Assembly: GCA_965178125.1 (NCBI GenBank)
Contig: OZ237744.1
Coordinates: forward strand, 930,001 to 994,000
Direction of reading: 5' to 3'
Length of the DNA: 64,000 nucleotides
DNA from: Bilabrum cf. latius
Lineage: Eukaryota
The position numbers were made by a program, and so were the translations under genes. The notes under the pieces are model-generated. The model ran no database searches and was not told the origin of the DNA. It saw only the letters and a list, made by a program, of their open reading frames with translations. The stretch's first letter is position 1. Every line of letters starts with the position of its first letter. Below, in pieces: positions 12,701 to 27,092 of this stretch.

Positions 12701-15700
12701 AGCTTGAAGCTGTCTTCACAGTCCATGAGCGGCACGGCCCCGACAGATCGGCCCGTGAACGACAGCCGGATAGACCTCTCATCATCAGGCCAACCCTTGT
12801 AGCTGTTGATCTGCCGAACCAGCCCTTGGTGGGCATCACCGGCGCCCCCGGCCGCTGATTCAGCCCCTCGCTTCACCGCAGCCTCATGCTCGGCCTCTTG
12901 CTTGGCGATTGCTTCGTCTCTAGCCGTCTTGGCCTCCGTGTACTCCAGGTGGTACTCGACCAGTCCTGCTGCCTGCTCGGGGGTAATGATGCCCGACATT
13001 GCCATCTCCTGCACCGTTTCGAATGGCAGCAGAGTCACATCGTCCGACTGGATGAGCATCTGCAGCGTCTCTGACACTTGTGCCGATGGGGTGGGCAGTG
13101 CTGGCAGCTGCGAAGTCGACCCGGTGGCCCCCAGAGCGACCCAATTCGTTGGGTCGCGCTCCTCATACCCGAAGCCCTCCACTGGATGAGCATCCTGCAA
13201 GCCTCTCAGGCTGCTGTCGATCATGGGATGGCCGCCTGCAGCACCCCGGACTGACTGGGGCCCGAACAGCTTGTCTGGCCTCTCTCTCGCCTGCCGGTCC
13301 ATGGCCAACGCGCGGCCCATGGAGCGCAGCGAAGGCAGCGAGAACCTCTCGAAGTGGAAGGTCAGCACCATGCGGCGGAGGAACGGGGCGGACAGAACCG
13401 CCCTGGTCACGCGCCTGGACATATCGAGAAGAGAGGCTGGCATTACCTGCGTGACCATGGACTGTCCATCGGCCAGCATCACCGATAAGCACGGGCTCAG
13501 CACAGTACTCTTACCTGCTCCCATAAGAAGCTGCTTGCAGGCGTTCGCAACTCGCTCCTTCCTCGCCGGGTCAGTAGGGTCCAACAGGGCTACCTCGACT
13601 GATTCCTTGAACTCCTGGATGGTCTGAACCTGTCGGCCGCGAAGCACGAATCCAGTGGCAAACTCAAAGGCAAGGAACCTGGGGTCGTAGTGGAACCTTC
13701 GGAAATCGTCGTCGCCAGTGGCTGCGCCACTGTCCTCGACAGGGAACATGTACCTTCGGGAGGCAGACATCATGTCGCTCAGTGCCTTACCAGTGGCCTC
13801 CAGCACAGATCCAGCCGCACCGAGCGTGTCAAGCGAGTGACCTGCCGCGGTCAAGACAGCAAAAGGATCCCTGGCACCGGGCTTGGGCGCCCATGTGTGG
13901 CGAGCAATGCGCTTGCCATCCACCACGCAGCCGTCCAGCAGCGAAACCACGGACTCGACGTGTTTCATCGTGGCCGTACTCCCTGCTGCTACAGGCCCGC
14001 TGGCTGCGAGCTCTGCCCAGCGCTCCAAGGCCATCGTGTCCAGAGCAAGGCATGCCTGCTGGGTCGCGGCAGCAACAGCGGCCGGCCCTGAGGCTCCTGC
14101 CATGGCAACATCTGGCGACTGCGCAAGGATGGCATCAGCCAGCTGAATCTACGCGCTGCCCCAAGCTCTTAGCGCCAGCACTGCCGCCTGCGGGTTGAAT
14201 TCGCAGTCCTCGAGCACTCGACGGACGGTCACGCTGCTCGGGGTTCGGGGCGCGGACGAGGCCGAGGCAGGGGATCCTGACCGCATTGCCTCTAGAAGCA
14301 GCGAGGCAGAATATCGCTCCTTGATCGCAGTCGCCAGCGCTCGCTCAATTTCCTTGCGGACGGACCTGGCCTGAGCGATGCTACGCGATGCCTGTGTCGA
14401 CCGCAGTGATCTCATGACGATGGCGCTCACCGCTTCGAGGGCCGACCGGCACGATGGCAAGGACAGCGATGGGTTGAGGCGCTGGAGCGCCCGATCGCCG
14501 CGCACAGACACAACCGCTCCGACTGCATACACGAACTCGGTGCGATCTCTCTCACCCCCGATCCTGTACATGGCATTCACATCGGCAGCAGTCGTAGTGG
14601 GTGCCCTCTTCTCATCGTTGAACATGCAGCACGCGTCGGCGATGGCTGCGCTGATGGCTGCCTGGTCGTCCTCTCGGACGGCAACAATCTCTTTCTCAAG
14701 CTCCACAAGGGCACGCCAAGTCGCAGCAATGGTGTCAGCATGAGCCAGCCAGCCGGCAGCGGGCATGGACTTGGAGTCGAGGAGAGGACCGACAGTGCTT
14801 GCCACGTCTACTGCGCCCAGCGCAAGCTCGATGGCCTCACCCTGAGCACCCTCGTCATCTGCACCAGACGCAGAACCAGCGGGACGCTCTTCAGAAGTAC
14901 CAGCTTTGCGTTTCTTTGCCGCATCCAGTCGAAGCTGGAGCAGCTTCTTCAGAGACTCCTTGCCAAGGGGCTCGGTCGCAGATTTCAGGGCCTCGGTGGG
15001 ACCACCATGCAGCAGCCGCAACAGCTTGCGGGTCGCGCCGTCTGCCGACTTTGAAGACTTCTGCGTGTCCTCCATGAGCCTCGCAAGCATCTCCCTGCCA
15101 ACAGCCGACTCCGCCTCGGCTGCACCGTTGATGTCAAACGGAAGCTTGTCTGACCAGGCTCCGTTCGGGTGTGCCGGGCTGCCCGGAGCAGCAACATTCA
15201 GCATGTAGCCGCCCTCAGGCGCAGACTCGCGGGCATCCATTGCACCCATAAGTACGTTGTTATTATACGTGTCCGCCCCGTTGCCGGACAAGACTCTCCG
15301 GCGCAAGAGCTCAAAGGGCTCTTCCGCATCGCTGCTAATCGCTGAGCTACCCGGCTACGGGAGGCGCGCCTCCCTGGAATCGCAGAGAGTGTCTAGCCTG
15401 GGCTGCGGGGGCCTCGGCTGGTCAGCAATGACGTCAACCATGCGAACGCGCTGGTTCAAAGTCGGCGTGTTCTGCGTCTCGAAATCGGCCGGTGGTCTGT
15501 TCAGGTGGTGCATTCGCAACGCACGGTCGATGGTAATCTGCACCACGCGGTCTAGGGCAGCCCAGTAGGACAGGGACCACTATCCCTCGGTAAATGTGAA
15601 CTGGCTAGTCTGACATCCCGTCCGCAAATGCACGGCCTGCTGCAGCAGAACCTGACACCGAGCCAGCGCGTCCAGCAGCGTGCCAGCCGGAGGGCCAAAT

Positions 15701-18700
15701 TGGTCGCTAAACGATCCGACGTCATCGCGAGGTAGGGCCATAGTTTGTCCCTCGTGCACGTTAGGCTGCAGCGTGAAGCCCTGCACGCCATACCTCGAGA
15801 ATCTCCACTCGTGCATGAGCTCCCGTTTAGGCACGCAGCGACCAGCGGCTACAGCTTCATCTAGGTCTTTGTCTACAAGCCTCATAATGGTTTCGCAAGT
15901 CAGCATCACGTTGGCCATGCTGCCACCAGTGCGCGCTGCAAAGCAGCTGGACTGGATGAAATGCCTCCGGTATGACTTTGGCAGCCAGAATGGCACGTCC
16001 AGCCCATCTGGTTTGCCGCCCGTCGGTTTGCAACCGAGGCCTTTCAGGTGAAGCAATCCCAAAAGATTGAACCACACCGGGATGATCTGACCTGCGTTGA
16101 TGGTAACAGTCTCTGGCGAGGAAGCAATCAAGCCATTCACCATGCCTACACTCTGCTTGCAGGTGTTCTGGAAGAAACTGTTGGTGAATTGGTAGGTTGC
16201 GTGGTGTCTGACCTCAGCCTCGGTGTCGTACGACCTGTGCATCCCAGCCTCTGACGATCTCCGGTTATGGCGATGCCTATCGACTGCACCGTGCCACTGG
16301 AAGTGAGACCCCCGCAAGCTTTGGTCTAGCATCTGCCCACCGTTCTGCCACACATCAGGACTAACCTCGAACTCAACAATTGGCTGCACTCGCCCAGCCG
16401 CCGGCATATCCGGACGGCTGCGCATGGTGTCGCTGGATGACTCATGGCAGTAGGTGCTGTACTGCTCTACCGCAGACGCGTTCTGCAGGAACGTCTGGGC
16501 TACCACTTCGTGAGACACGAGGTCAGACTGCGACTCTGCAAGCGCTTGCCCGCTCCAAGCATTCACCGCGTTGGCCTCTTGCACATTCTTTGCGGACAGT
16601 CTCAGGTGCCGCAGCAAACGGACCGAGCTGCCCGGCGACCACACGTGCTTGTCGGCATGCACAATGTCAGGGTGCTCCCTGAAGCCCTGCACCGTGTATT
16701 TGGCCGGTGCAGCTGCCAGAGCTGCTGCACTAGCACTGCCTCCAGGTCCTGCAGCGGCACCACCTACCGCTGCTTCAGGGCTAGCAGCGCCATCATCAGC
16801 GAGGGAGATTGAGCGGATAGTCCCAGTGGGCGCAGCTTGTAGGCCTTGCTGTGGGACGTCCGTCTCGTATCGTCGCATGCATGCGTGAGCCGGAGCAAAA
16901 CCGCTCATTACCACACTAAAGTTGCAGCTGGCGATGGTCGTCCTCCAGTCCTAATACTGGGCCTTTTTGGTATCGCAGCGAACTACCACATAGAGCCGAT
17001 CGCCGGGCAGCTCGAAGTTGAGGCTGCGATCCATTAGCAAGGTGGGCTTGCCATGCAGAGACCTTGCGTTCACAGATGCAGCCGTGACAGGAAGCCGGAG
17101 GTCTTTGTCGTAGTACATAGCGATGGAAACCTGCTTCTACGACGCGGTATTTGCTCGCACATAGCAACTATCGCAGCCCGGCAGCACCATCTCCACGACC
17201 GTCTCAAAGCGCTCCCCAGGGATAGTCGTGCTGCTTGCGAAGTAGCCAGATGTAAAGGAGCATTGGACAGGGATCAGCGGCGTGATGAATCTTGACGCAC
17301 CAGCTCGGGAGCTGGAAGCACCGGCACCGCTCGCGGCGAACGTGCCTGCGCTCTCGTCGTCTGCACCTGCGGGTGACGCACCGGACACGGCCTGCAAGAC
17401 CTTGGCGTCCTCCATCGACTTGAAGGCAATGAGCTCCTGCCCCAGTACACGTTCGCCGGAACCCGCGTCTGCAGCCTTGGACGCCTTCACGACGGCCGTC
17501 TTTCCGACCTCGGTAGCGTGCATCAGTGCCGCCACCAGCCTGCCCTGGTGCTGCGTCAGGAAAAAGTTCCGATGCATCTCGAGTTCATCTTCATGAGACG
17601 GCAACGCATGGGACTAGATTGCGTCAAAAGTATCATAGAGCGTTTTATGCAACTGCTGGAACCTTTGCTGAGCCACACCACCGTAGCTGTTGGCTGCAGG
17701 TGCGGTGATGAACTTGAACAAGTTGTGCTTCGGGTCGTCACCAGCCGCCACGCCAAACAGAAGCCTGGAAAGGTAAATCCAGATCTTCATCCTTACTGTC
17801 AGTGCGTCCGGATACATGTCAGAAGATACCGCTGCGTTGAACGCAATCTACATGAGCAAGGCCTTCTCCCGAGCCGAGCACACGTCGTCGATAGCACACG
17901 CTGGCAGGATACCGTGCGCTGCCCGTGTGTCCCGGGCGAAGAGGGCTTGTCTTAGTAGGAACAAAGAGGCTTCGGCCGAGGGGGTGAGCGGGAACGCAAG
18001 CGAGTCGTGCATGCCCAGGAGGTGGTACCTCTTGTCGACCTGCGGTGCGCGGGCTAGGGCACCGAGGTCCGGCTACCTTGCAGTCAAGAACGGGCACTCC
18101 ACAACCTGCAGCCAATTGTCAGTTGTGTTAGGCACCAGCACGCTCAACTTGCCTTCCCTGTCCTCCAGCAGCAACGAATTAGGGTTCCATCGGGCCATGG
18201 CGCCCAGCTCGAACGGCCTTCGGTCACTCAGAAACCTGCCTGCCAGCTCTCTGCACTCCGCACGGAACGCACGCCTGGAGTGGTCCCCGCCGCTACCAGC
18301 GAGGATGGCGCCGGGCACGTCAGGCGTAACCGGCACAATATTGAAGCGCAATTCGAGGCCCGGCAGCTCCACGTGCGTTACTGCCACGTCATGGGACGGA
18401 ACGACGGCGTACCCCTCGCCCACCAATCCATCGCTGCCGTCGCAGTCCTGGAAGGCCGGCCTGGCGGAATCACCGTGAGACCAGAACAGCGTGTCACCCG
18501 CGCTCTGCACTCGCACGAACGCATCAAACATGCGCGCGACAGGCGAGCCAGCCCTAGAACGCATGGGGTTGACCAACTGGTCGCACATGATGGGTCGCAT
18601 CCGCTTCGCCGCTTCGTCCGCATCCGATGCGCGAGTCGGGTCAGTCTTGTCAGCGACAGATTCGGCACGCTTCATCATGAGCGTAGAGGAGGAGCCCCCG

Positions 18701-21700
18701 CGGGAACTGCCACCCTTACCGGACATAGCCTGGTCATCAAGCATGATCTTGGCTTTTCGCAGCTCGGCGTTTGCCTTTGCGTCCTGCTCGCGCAGCCAGA
18801 ACTCAACGAAGTCGGGCGCCTCGAAGCGCCGGATCTGAGCTTCCACCTCGGTGATCTGCACGGTCCCGAGCTCGCGCATGGCCGCGCCATCCGGGGGTAG
18901 CACCGCTGTATCGTTGCCTGTCTCCTGGCGCTGCAACTCCGCATCCCCGGCATCTGCGGTCTCGGCATCAGTGGCAGCGACTTCGAAGGCTGGGTCGCTC
19001 TTCAGCACGAGGGGGTCAGTCTCCCTCACACCAGCGTACGTGACTGGCCTGATCTCGATATAAAGCACGGTGGATTTCACAGATTGCGGCGGGGGAGATC
19101 CCGCCGTGGTGGTGTGGCGAGGGTACCCGACGAGCCGCACCCGCTTCGCGCGAGACGTAAAGTTCACGACGCCTCCTTCTTCCTGGAGGTCTCGCATCGC
19201 CGCCTCACCTTCACCGACTCGCGCTTCCTCGGCCTGCTCCATGATGCGCCAGATTGCGTAGTACCTTGTCAGCACAGCCGGGAGCACCCCCTCAAGCTCA
19301 TAGCAGGACACGAACGTCTCGCTCCCGATCAACCTGTGGATCTGCTCGTGCGGGCTCAGGCCTGGCATGAGCGCCGCCTCGCGGCTGGTGGCCAGCGACT
19401 CTCGCCGGATGACCGCATGGGCATAGCCAACCGCTCGATTGCGACCACTCGACACAAACTGGCTGTACATGTGCACACCACTTGTGAGACTGCTCATTTC
19501 TGCATACCTGAACTTGGTCAGGATGTCCCAAACTTTCCGGCGCTGCATCAGCGCCGTGTCCATCTGGTCCTTCACCTCGAGACTGAACCGGCGGTCCGTC
19601 GCAAACATGAGCTTGCGCGACACGCGGCGGCCGCTCTCAGTCAGGATAAACATCTGCAGCTGCGACCTGTACCCTGCACCGCGGCCCCCGAGCACCTGGA
19701 TTTCTATCCAATGGCCCTGCAGCGTGTTGTCAGGAATTGCGTAAGGGAAGCCCCCGGTGTTGTAGGCGTTCACGTTGTAGAAGAGAAGCACTCTTCCCAG
19801 GACTGGCGGTGCTGCGCCCAGGTCCTCGTCGACGAGCTTGCCGCTGCTGACAAAAGCCCTCTCCTCCTCCTCAGCGGCAGCCATCGCCTCAGGAAGGCCG
19901 TCCGACATCCATGACGCCGTCCATAGGGACGGCTTGTACTGCGCATACCCCGGGTTGGCCGGCGGCAAGACAACCTCTGTGTCGATCCACTGCCCGAGAG
20001 GTTTGTCAAGGTTGACGAGCCTGCCCACCCAGCCGCACTGCTCGGGCTCATACCTCTGAGAGAAGCGCTGCCCTTGGAAGAACATCACGCCGCGCCAAGA
20101 GATTGGCGTGCCGTACTTGGTGACCGGCACGACGGCGGCTTCCTCCGCTGTGGATCCAAGGCCAGCGGTGGAGGCGATCTCCAGGCGCTTCTCGAGATCG
20201 TCGGGAAGCACGTCGTCCTGCAGATTCTGCCAGTTGGCCCGGTCTTGCTGGGATACTCCTCCCCGCTGGCGCAGGGATCTGCGGCCCATGGCACCGTCCA
20301 TTCCGGCGTTCACCTCCTCCTTGATGGGAAAGGGAAGCAGGGATGGGGGCTACAGTGCCTCCCGCGGCAGCTTGGTCATCGCAGAGAGCATCGTGTGGGA
20401 TCCGTGCATCGGTGCGGGGCCGTGCCAGCACTCGGCGAGGTACCTAGATCCTCCGAAGCGAACCTCGAACGTTGTCATATTGTCCGTTTCCGCCTTGATA
20501 CCTCCCAGCATAGTTGGCTGGGCCTGCTGAAAGCCGTTCAGAGTCTGAGCCATGTCGACCCACTCCTTCGAACCTGCAACATACGTAGGCACGCGCTGGA
20601 GAACGCTGTCGCCGATCTTCACCTCGGCCGACTGCAGAGAGACCTGGGTGGCTCCGGTCTGGTCCCTGAACAGCCCGGGCGTGCCCTGGGCGATCGCATC
20701 CGCTGCCGCACCAGCGACCGCCAGGGCCTCGTGCGCCCTGTCGGGGTCCTCGCGGATCAGCTTCTCCGCTGCCTCCTCGTCGTTGTTGGTCAGGGACAGG
20801 GCCGCCTCGCATAGAGTGTACGTGATTTCTGGGTCGTCGCCGTCGCTCGTCTTGGACTCTCCGGCACCAGCCCCGGCGCCAGACGCTGCTTCGCCGGCAC
20901 CTGCCACAGTGCTCACGCCCGGCCCCTTGATGGCCTGGAACACGCGGCTTGCGGCATGGGGACTCACCGGCGCCTCCACTACGATACGCACGCCGAAACG
21001 CTCCGAGCCGGTGACCATGGTCGGACTTGCCCTCAGGCGCACCACGCACCTGTCCGTGGGCACCACAAGCGGAGGGTTCGTGCCGACACCGGGGAAGCCC
21101 ATGTCACCCCCGGACCGTTGCTGCTGGTACCTGCCGGTGAGAGCAGAGTCATGGGACCTGTACCCCGTGACAGGTCCCCACACCGACGTGCATGCCTCGT
21201 CACGGAACACGTGGGCCACGTCTCCAGGGTACAGAGAGGTCCGCTCGTCGAAGCGAAGGATGAGGAAGGGCGCCCCTGGGCACCGAAGCACGTAGATGTA
21301 GTCGTCCCCAGGCAGGTACGGGTGCGGTGTCTCCACTACCACTTGGCAACGGAGCGCGGCGGTGTTGTCTGCGAGCCAAAGCGCCCCCGGCGTGGGCTGC
21401 TGGGCCAACACCGAAGCAGCGAGGCTCTCGCACAGCTGGGACCTCGCTGCCACCCCCGCGGTTCCGACGACCTGGCAGATGCGGTGTCTCAGCCGAGCCA
21501 AGGCCGCAAACGGAGCCGTGCCGCCGAGCCCTCGAAACCCGTAGTCGTATATGAGCATCATGGCAGCCGCGGGCTGGCCATCCGCGTCGCGACCGAACTC
21601 GATCTCAGAGCTCGCGTCGTATCCGCGCTGGCCCTGCTAGATGTTCCCGGTGATCCCCGACCTCTAGCCGCGTCCGTCACGGTTGCGCCTGCCCCTGGTG

Positions 21701-24700
21701 ACGGCGTTCTGGGCGCGCTGCGCGATCTGCTGCACCGCCTGGATCCTGGTGTTGTCGCCCACATAGGCGCCGAACCGGCTCCGAATGGATCCCACCGCGG
21801 TGACCACGGCTTGTGACACGCCCATGTTGACTCCAGGGTCGTCAAGGTGTTGCACCAGCATGGCGCCGTGCGCCCTTATCTCGGCAAGTTTGTCGGCATC
21901 TGCCGGAAGCAGCCCACCGCGAGTTGAGCTGCTGGCCATCTCTGCGTACATGGCGGCGTTGGCCCGCTCTTGGTGCTTCTGCAGGTCGAACTCGTCTTCA
22001 ATCTGCTGCAGAAGGTCCAGGTCGTTGGTGGTGCCATCGATGTCCCCGGCAGCGAGCTTGGCTTCGAGCGACAGCAGTGCCTCGCTGGGGTCGGCCGCGT
22101 CGTCTTCTCCTTCGAACTTTGACTCGCTCGACCCAGCACCAGAAGTGGCAGTCACCGCATTGCTTCCAGACTTGGCACCAACCCCGGCACTGGTAGACCG
22201 CTGGGATGCCTTGCGGAGCAGCTGCGTCTCGAGCAGCATCATCTTGCGGCGGGCCGCGCCCAGGGTCCACAACCGCAGCCTGGCCAGCTGCGCCCTGGCC
22301 TCATGCGTGTTGGTCCCGTCAGGATCCTCCGCGAGCCTCCAACCGAAGCGGCTCCTGGCACTGGCCTCCTTGGCAATCAGCACGAGGAAGCCCTCCACCC
22401 TAGAAAGCAGCTGCACGAAGAAGAGCAGGTTCTCCGTCATGGCATCGGCGGTCTCTGGCGTGGTCAGGCCCTCGACCTCATGGGCCAGCTCGAGCAGCGG
22501 CCCCACGATGCCAGCAGGAGCACGCCTCAGTTCGTTCATCAGCAGACCCTCCTTGGTTCCGAGGCACGAGCGCTCCTCCGAAGTAAGAAGTGGGGCGCGA
22601 CGGACCTCGTCCGAGCCACGCCCAACACCCGCCACGTCGGGTCCGCTCGGCGCACCGTCAGCGGCACGGCGGGCCAGCTCGTCGTACGCGTCGTCCTCGA
22701 TGGCCTCCACTTCGGCGTCGTTCTCATCCTCTGCGTTGCCGTAGATCTCGGCGTCGGGTCCAGTGAGCGCAACGCGGGCGTCGGCCACACGCTACCGCGC
22801 CTGGGCCTGCCGGCGCCTACGGACGGCAGGCGGCTCCGACAGGTTGGAGTCGAAGAACTCCCTTGGCTCGAAGAGGACCCTCTCAAGTAGGGCGCGGATC
22901 CCAGGCGAAGAGCACAGGGAGGAGGCGCCTCTACGGGCCATGAAGCGCAGCACCAGCGGGATGCGAAGGTAGGGTACGCACAGCGCCTGCAGCAGGTGCT
23001 CGCCGTCCTCGGGCGACAGCGCGCCTTCGAAGGACGGCATGTCCTACGAGCGAACCACGACGTCCTCGCTCTCTGTCCAGCGCCACGGGCCGACTGCTTC
23101 GTACCCACCAGGTCTCGCGCCGGCCATGGGGCCGCCGAATTCGCCGCCATCGCGAGCAGAGCCGCCCCTCCCGGCAAAATCCCGAGCAAGCTGGTCCATC
23201 TCCGCGTCCACCCAAGGACCTTCATTGCGGCGGTTCGCGGCCGACCGAGCCTCGGCCAGCAATGGGATCGGCGAGCGGAAGAGCCCCCAGCGGTATCCAA
23301 CGGAGCGGTCGGGAGTCACGCTGAGGTTGCCCGGCGTGGTGGCCATCCAGAGGACCATGCGATCGCTGATTCGAATGCGGGACGGGTCCCCGAAGTTCAT
23401 CAGCGGCATTACCTTGGACGTGGAGCTTGACCCCGCATCCCTGGCTCCGCCCAATGCAAACTGCAGCTGAGGAGTCGGCACAGTGCATCCCTGCAGCATG
23501 GTCATGAGCATTGGAATGTCTCGGAACTGACCTACCTCGGGGCTGGAGGTACGTGTCCAGTCACGGATGTTGCCGGCGATGACGCGCTCCATTGGCATGC
23601 AAGCGTCCAGGGGTCGCCCACTAGAGTTGCCCCGCAGTTCGATGCCACAGCGCGTCGGACGACCAGATCGTGGCTGCCGCAGCTTGCCTTCACCGGTAAC
23701 TGCCGGCATCTCCGCCTCAGGAATTGGGATGCCGGCACCCCCAGCCGTTCTCGGACGCAGGAACCAGTCCATGATGACAAACTCCGGGTCTGTGTTGTTG
23801 AGGATCCACCGCCCAGCCATGGGATGCCACCGGGGATGCGAGAACCACCTGCTGAGCGGCTCGGCACCGCCAGACATGAGAGCCGTATAGTACGCCTGCA
23901 CGCAAGGCCTGGCAGAGGCGGCACCTGGGTGCGTCAACAGGGTGCCGGCAGTGATGGACGCGACGCTCTCGAATCCAGGGCACGTCGACCGCAGGTCAAA
24001 GAAGAAGGCAGGTCCCTGCTCCTCCGGCCGCAGTGGGCCAGACATGATGTCTCCGCGCAGGGCCCTAGTCACCGCCAGTGTGCCCTCGGGGCCCTCCGCT
24101 CTGGTCATCGCGACGGCGTTCCAGCACGCCAGGCACACGGATGCCGCCGTGTACACCTGCGCGACCTCGGCAGGCCGGCTGCCCACCATGTACCGAGCCG
24201 TGACGTACATCTGCAGCAGCTCGAAAAGAGCGCCGAGCACCGCGCGCTGATCCGTGAGGCTCATCCGCTGCGGCTGCCAGGGGTCCAGGCGCGCGGCCCG
24301 GAGCGTGTACTCTGTTAGCTCCTTGTGCACACCACCAGATAGGCGCTGCCGCACGGCCTGCTCTCCCCCCCTGTGCCTCGCCCTCGAGTCCACGACCTCG
24401 TGCCAAGGGAACGGGCACGGCAGCCGCTCCAGGAAGAGCTCCTCGAACAGGGCCACCACATCTACGCCGACCGCCTCCTTTGCGACGCTGTTCCCTCGGG
24501 AAAAGATGCCCCGGCAGTGGGTTACCGCGCGCTCCAGGACGCCCCGCGCGTCATGAAAGTTGCCGGGAAACGCAGGTCGCCCATCGGGCATGCGAGCGGG
24601 CTGCGGCCCCTCCAGCAGGTTGGGGAAAGGCTCTGCGCCCGTGGAGGTGTCGTGTCCCTGGAAGATCGTGGTGTCTCGCAAGTCAGCAAGGTGGTCGAAG

Positions 24701-26941
24701 CCGTGGTACCCTAGGGGCTTGCTCTTCACAGGACCGGTGAGGTGGAGCTCCGGCTGCATCAGCCGCTTGGGCCGGTCCTTCCACCACTCCTCCGACTCGA
24801 ACTCGCGCGCCTCGTCCACTGTCAGATGCAGCGCGTCCTCTGCGTCCATGCGGCACGCGAAGCTCTTGACGACGTGCGTGAGCTCCCGCACGTTGGCGAG
24901 CGAGTGGTCGTCCAGCTAGCCCTTCTCCCTGAGCTTCATTGCGGCCCTGGCGGTACCGCGCACCGCGATCTCCAGGAGGCGCGCCTCGAACTCGGCAAGC
25001 CCCTTGGGCTTGGGCTTGGGTGCAGTCACCATGGCAGTGGGCCCGCTCTCCTCCTCGTCCTCCGAGTCCTCGAGAAAGCCGCGCGTGCCGACCTGGATGC
25101 GGCTCTTCGCCACCTTCGCCATCGCCTTCCTCTTCTGCATCGCCTTCTTCTGTACCTTCTTCGATGTCTTGGCAAACCGTTTGGCCGCCTTGGCGGCCTC
25201 CTTCTTTGCCAGTTTCTTGGCAGCTTTTGCGCCTAGTTTGCGCCCCGCCACGGCATCTGCCCCTCCCACAGCTCCGCCAGTCGCGTTGCCGGTGGCAGCA
25301 GCGGCTTCATCGGAGGCACCTGCAGCCGACCAGTCGCCTGTGACAGCGCCCGATTCCGAGCTCTCCTCACCAGAAGCCGCAGCCTCTTTCCCTGACTTGG
25401 ACGCAGTCATTTTGACGCCAGCAGCGGCAGCCGAGACTTCGTCACCTGCACCTGCACCTGCACCCGCAGCAGCCGCCTTGCCTCCGTGGCCTCCAGCCTT
25501 GCCTCCCGCAGCGGCTTCCTTCCCGCCCTCGCTGCTCTGCATCGCTTCGAGGGCCGCCGCGCCCTTACTCCCGAGCGACGTGCTAGAGCCCCCTTCGGCT
25601 GCGTCGACTGCTGCCTGCATGGCCGCCGCGTCGGCATCCGAGGGCTCCCCCTCGCCGTCCTACTTTGGGGCTGCCAGGGCGCCTTCCAGCCTACCTTGGA
25701 TGGCATCGTCCTCGCCGCCCGCGCCGCTGCCTCCGCCCCCGCCCCCACCCGACCCCGTGGCAGGCTGGTCGGCGGTATGCTGGATGGTAGTCCCGCGCTG
25801 CGCTACCTGCGTAAGGTCCGGGACAGGGGCCGGCTTCCCGTCGATGTCGTTCCAGAGCCACTCCAGCTGGCCCCTGGCCACCAGCAGGTACTGCGCACGA
25901 ATGCCCAGCATGAGTTTCTTGCGCTGCTCTGCGTTAAGGCCTCGGCGCTCTGCCACGTACCGAATGCCGTTCAGAACCGAGCGGTGGTTGTCTGAGCCGC
26001 TCCTCCTCGGCTTGCAGAACGCCGGCTGCTTATCTTTGTGCTTCTCGATGATGTCGTGAAGCCTACCCCCGGCGAGCTCCGGAACCTGCACATCAAAATA
26101 ATGCTTAGTTGAAGTTTGAAGCTGCTGCACTCTCGGGCTGAGCAGCAGGTTGATGAGTGTGCCGGGGTCGATCAGCCTTTCCCGAGGGACGGGGAAGACC
26201 ACGCCAAGCCTATACCGGTTCGTGAGCCTAGCACCACCCAGGGCCGGCTCCATGTACTGCAATGCGTCCTACGATGATGAGCAGAACGCGACTTCGAATT
26301 GGTCTTCTGACACCCTCTCGGCGAACATCACGTGGGTCGAAGATTGGCTGCGAGGAAGCTTGAGAACGGGCAGTATCTGGGGTATCACGGGCGCCAGGTG
26401 GCATCTCCAGCGAAACAACAAGAAGTGCTGCATCGTAAACAATCGATTGGTCCATAGTTCTCCTGCTCACGTCGCTACAGGCAGCATTAGGCATCCCCCG
26501 ACCGCGACCGCTTCGAACGCTTCTGAGATCCTGATGTTCGTTCTACCGATAGAGCCAGGACCACGCCACAGCTTGTGCATTAGTGTCTCGAGTGCGAGAC
26601 CGCTGTCCAACAGGTCAGCACATTCCTTCGCTACGGCACGAATGGGGTCCGTCAGCCAAGGCAACGTAGTTGCATCTGAATCGGCTACCTGCCGCACAAT
26701 TGGAGCGAGTGACTGGTACGTTTGAAGAGGAAACCCAAACTAAAGGCTGGTAGCTGCAAGGGAGGGGATAAATGCCTGTTGTGGGTGGAGGCAAATAGGT
26801 ATGGTGCTCGAATGGATCCTGATGGTGAGCCCCTAGCACTTGAGCCTTACCTACAACGCTAGCGTCTGCAAACTCCCCAACAAAAGGAGCTGTAACCCAG
26901 CATCTCTCATTTTCATCCAGTTGGATTTTCTTTCGATCCAT
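3766..26941 (-). CDS. Giant (~7,650 aa) DUF3638/DUF3645 P-loop/helicase-like protein with CUB-like, UBA-like, EF-hand-like and C-terminal SPRY domains; exons 26941-26851, 26753-26471, 26347-3766
   Basis: All minus-strand fragments from 3766 to 26262 share one frame and are separated only by TAG (29 TAGs in total). Motifs: QLLMGAGKSTV, LIDEID, LAVPFVGRETPSKNSEFAHPD, FDALIDTGA, FFD(Q)YHTTGQDIK, DYAQGCWRMRGLERG(Q), VETPHPY, and SPRY-like GKWYFEV and GDVIGAAFD. Stop is TGA. The 5' exon structure is less certain. Confidence 0.88.
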
Positions 26942-27092
26942 GACAAAAGCGGACCAAGGCAATAACTGTATCGCGGGAACCGCATCGGCGCTAAAGCAAA
27001 CTCTCCTACTCTTGACACATGCTGTTCTTGGCAACCAAGACCAGGTCCTCCGAGCGGCTGATCGAATCCATGCGATTCATATAATGATATAC

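Noticed and set aside
26467-26469. In-frame TGA as possible selenocysteine or read-through
   Set aside because: It lies within a phase-compatible 123-nt intron (26348-26470, GTGAGC...TCGCAG).
4290-26725. Many long plus-strand and alternate-frame ORFs over the giant gene and other genes
   Set aside because: Shadow ORFs expected from high GC and codon bias; they carry no recognisable motifs.
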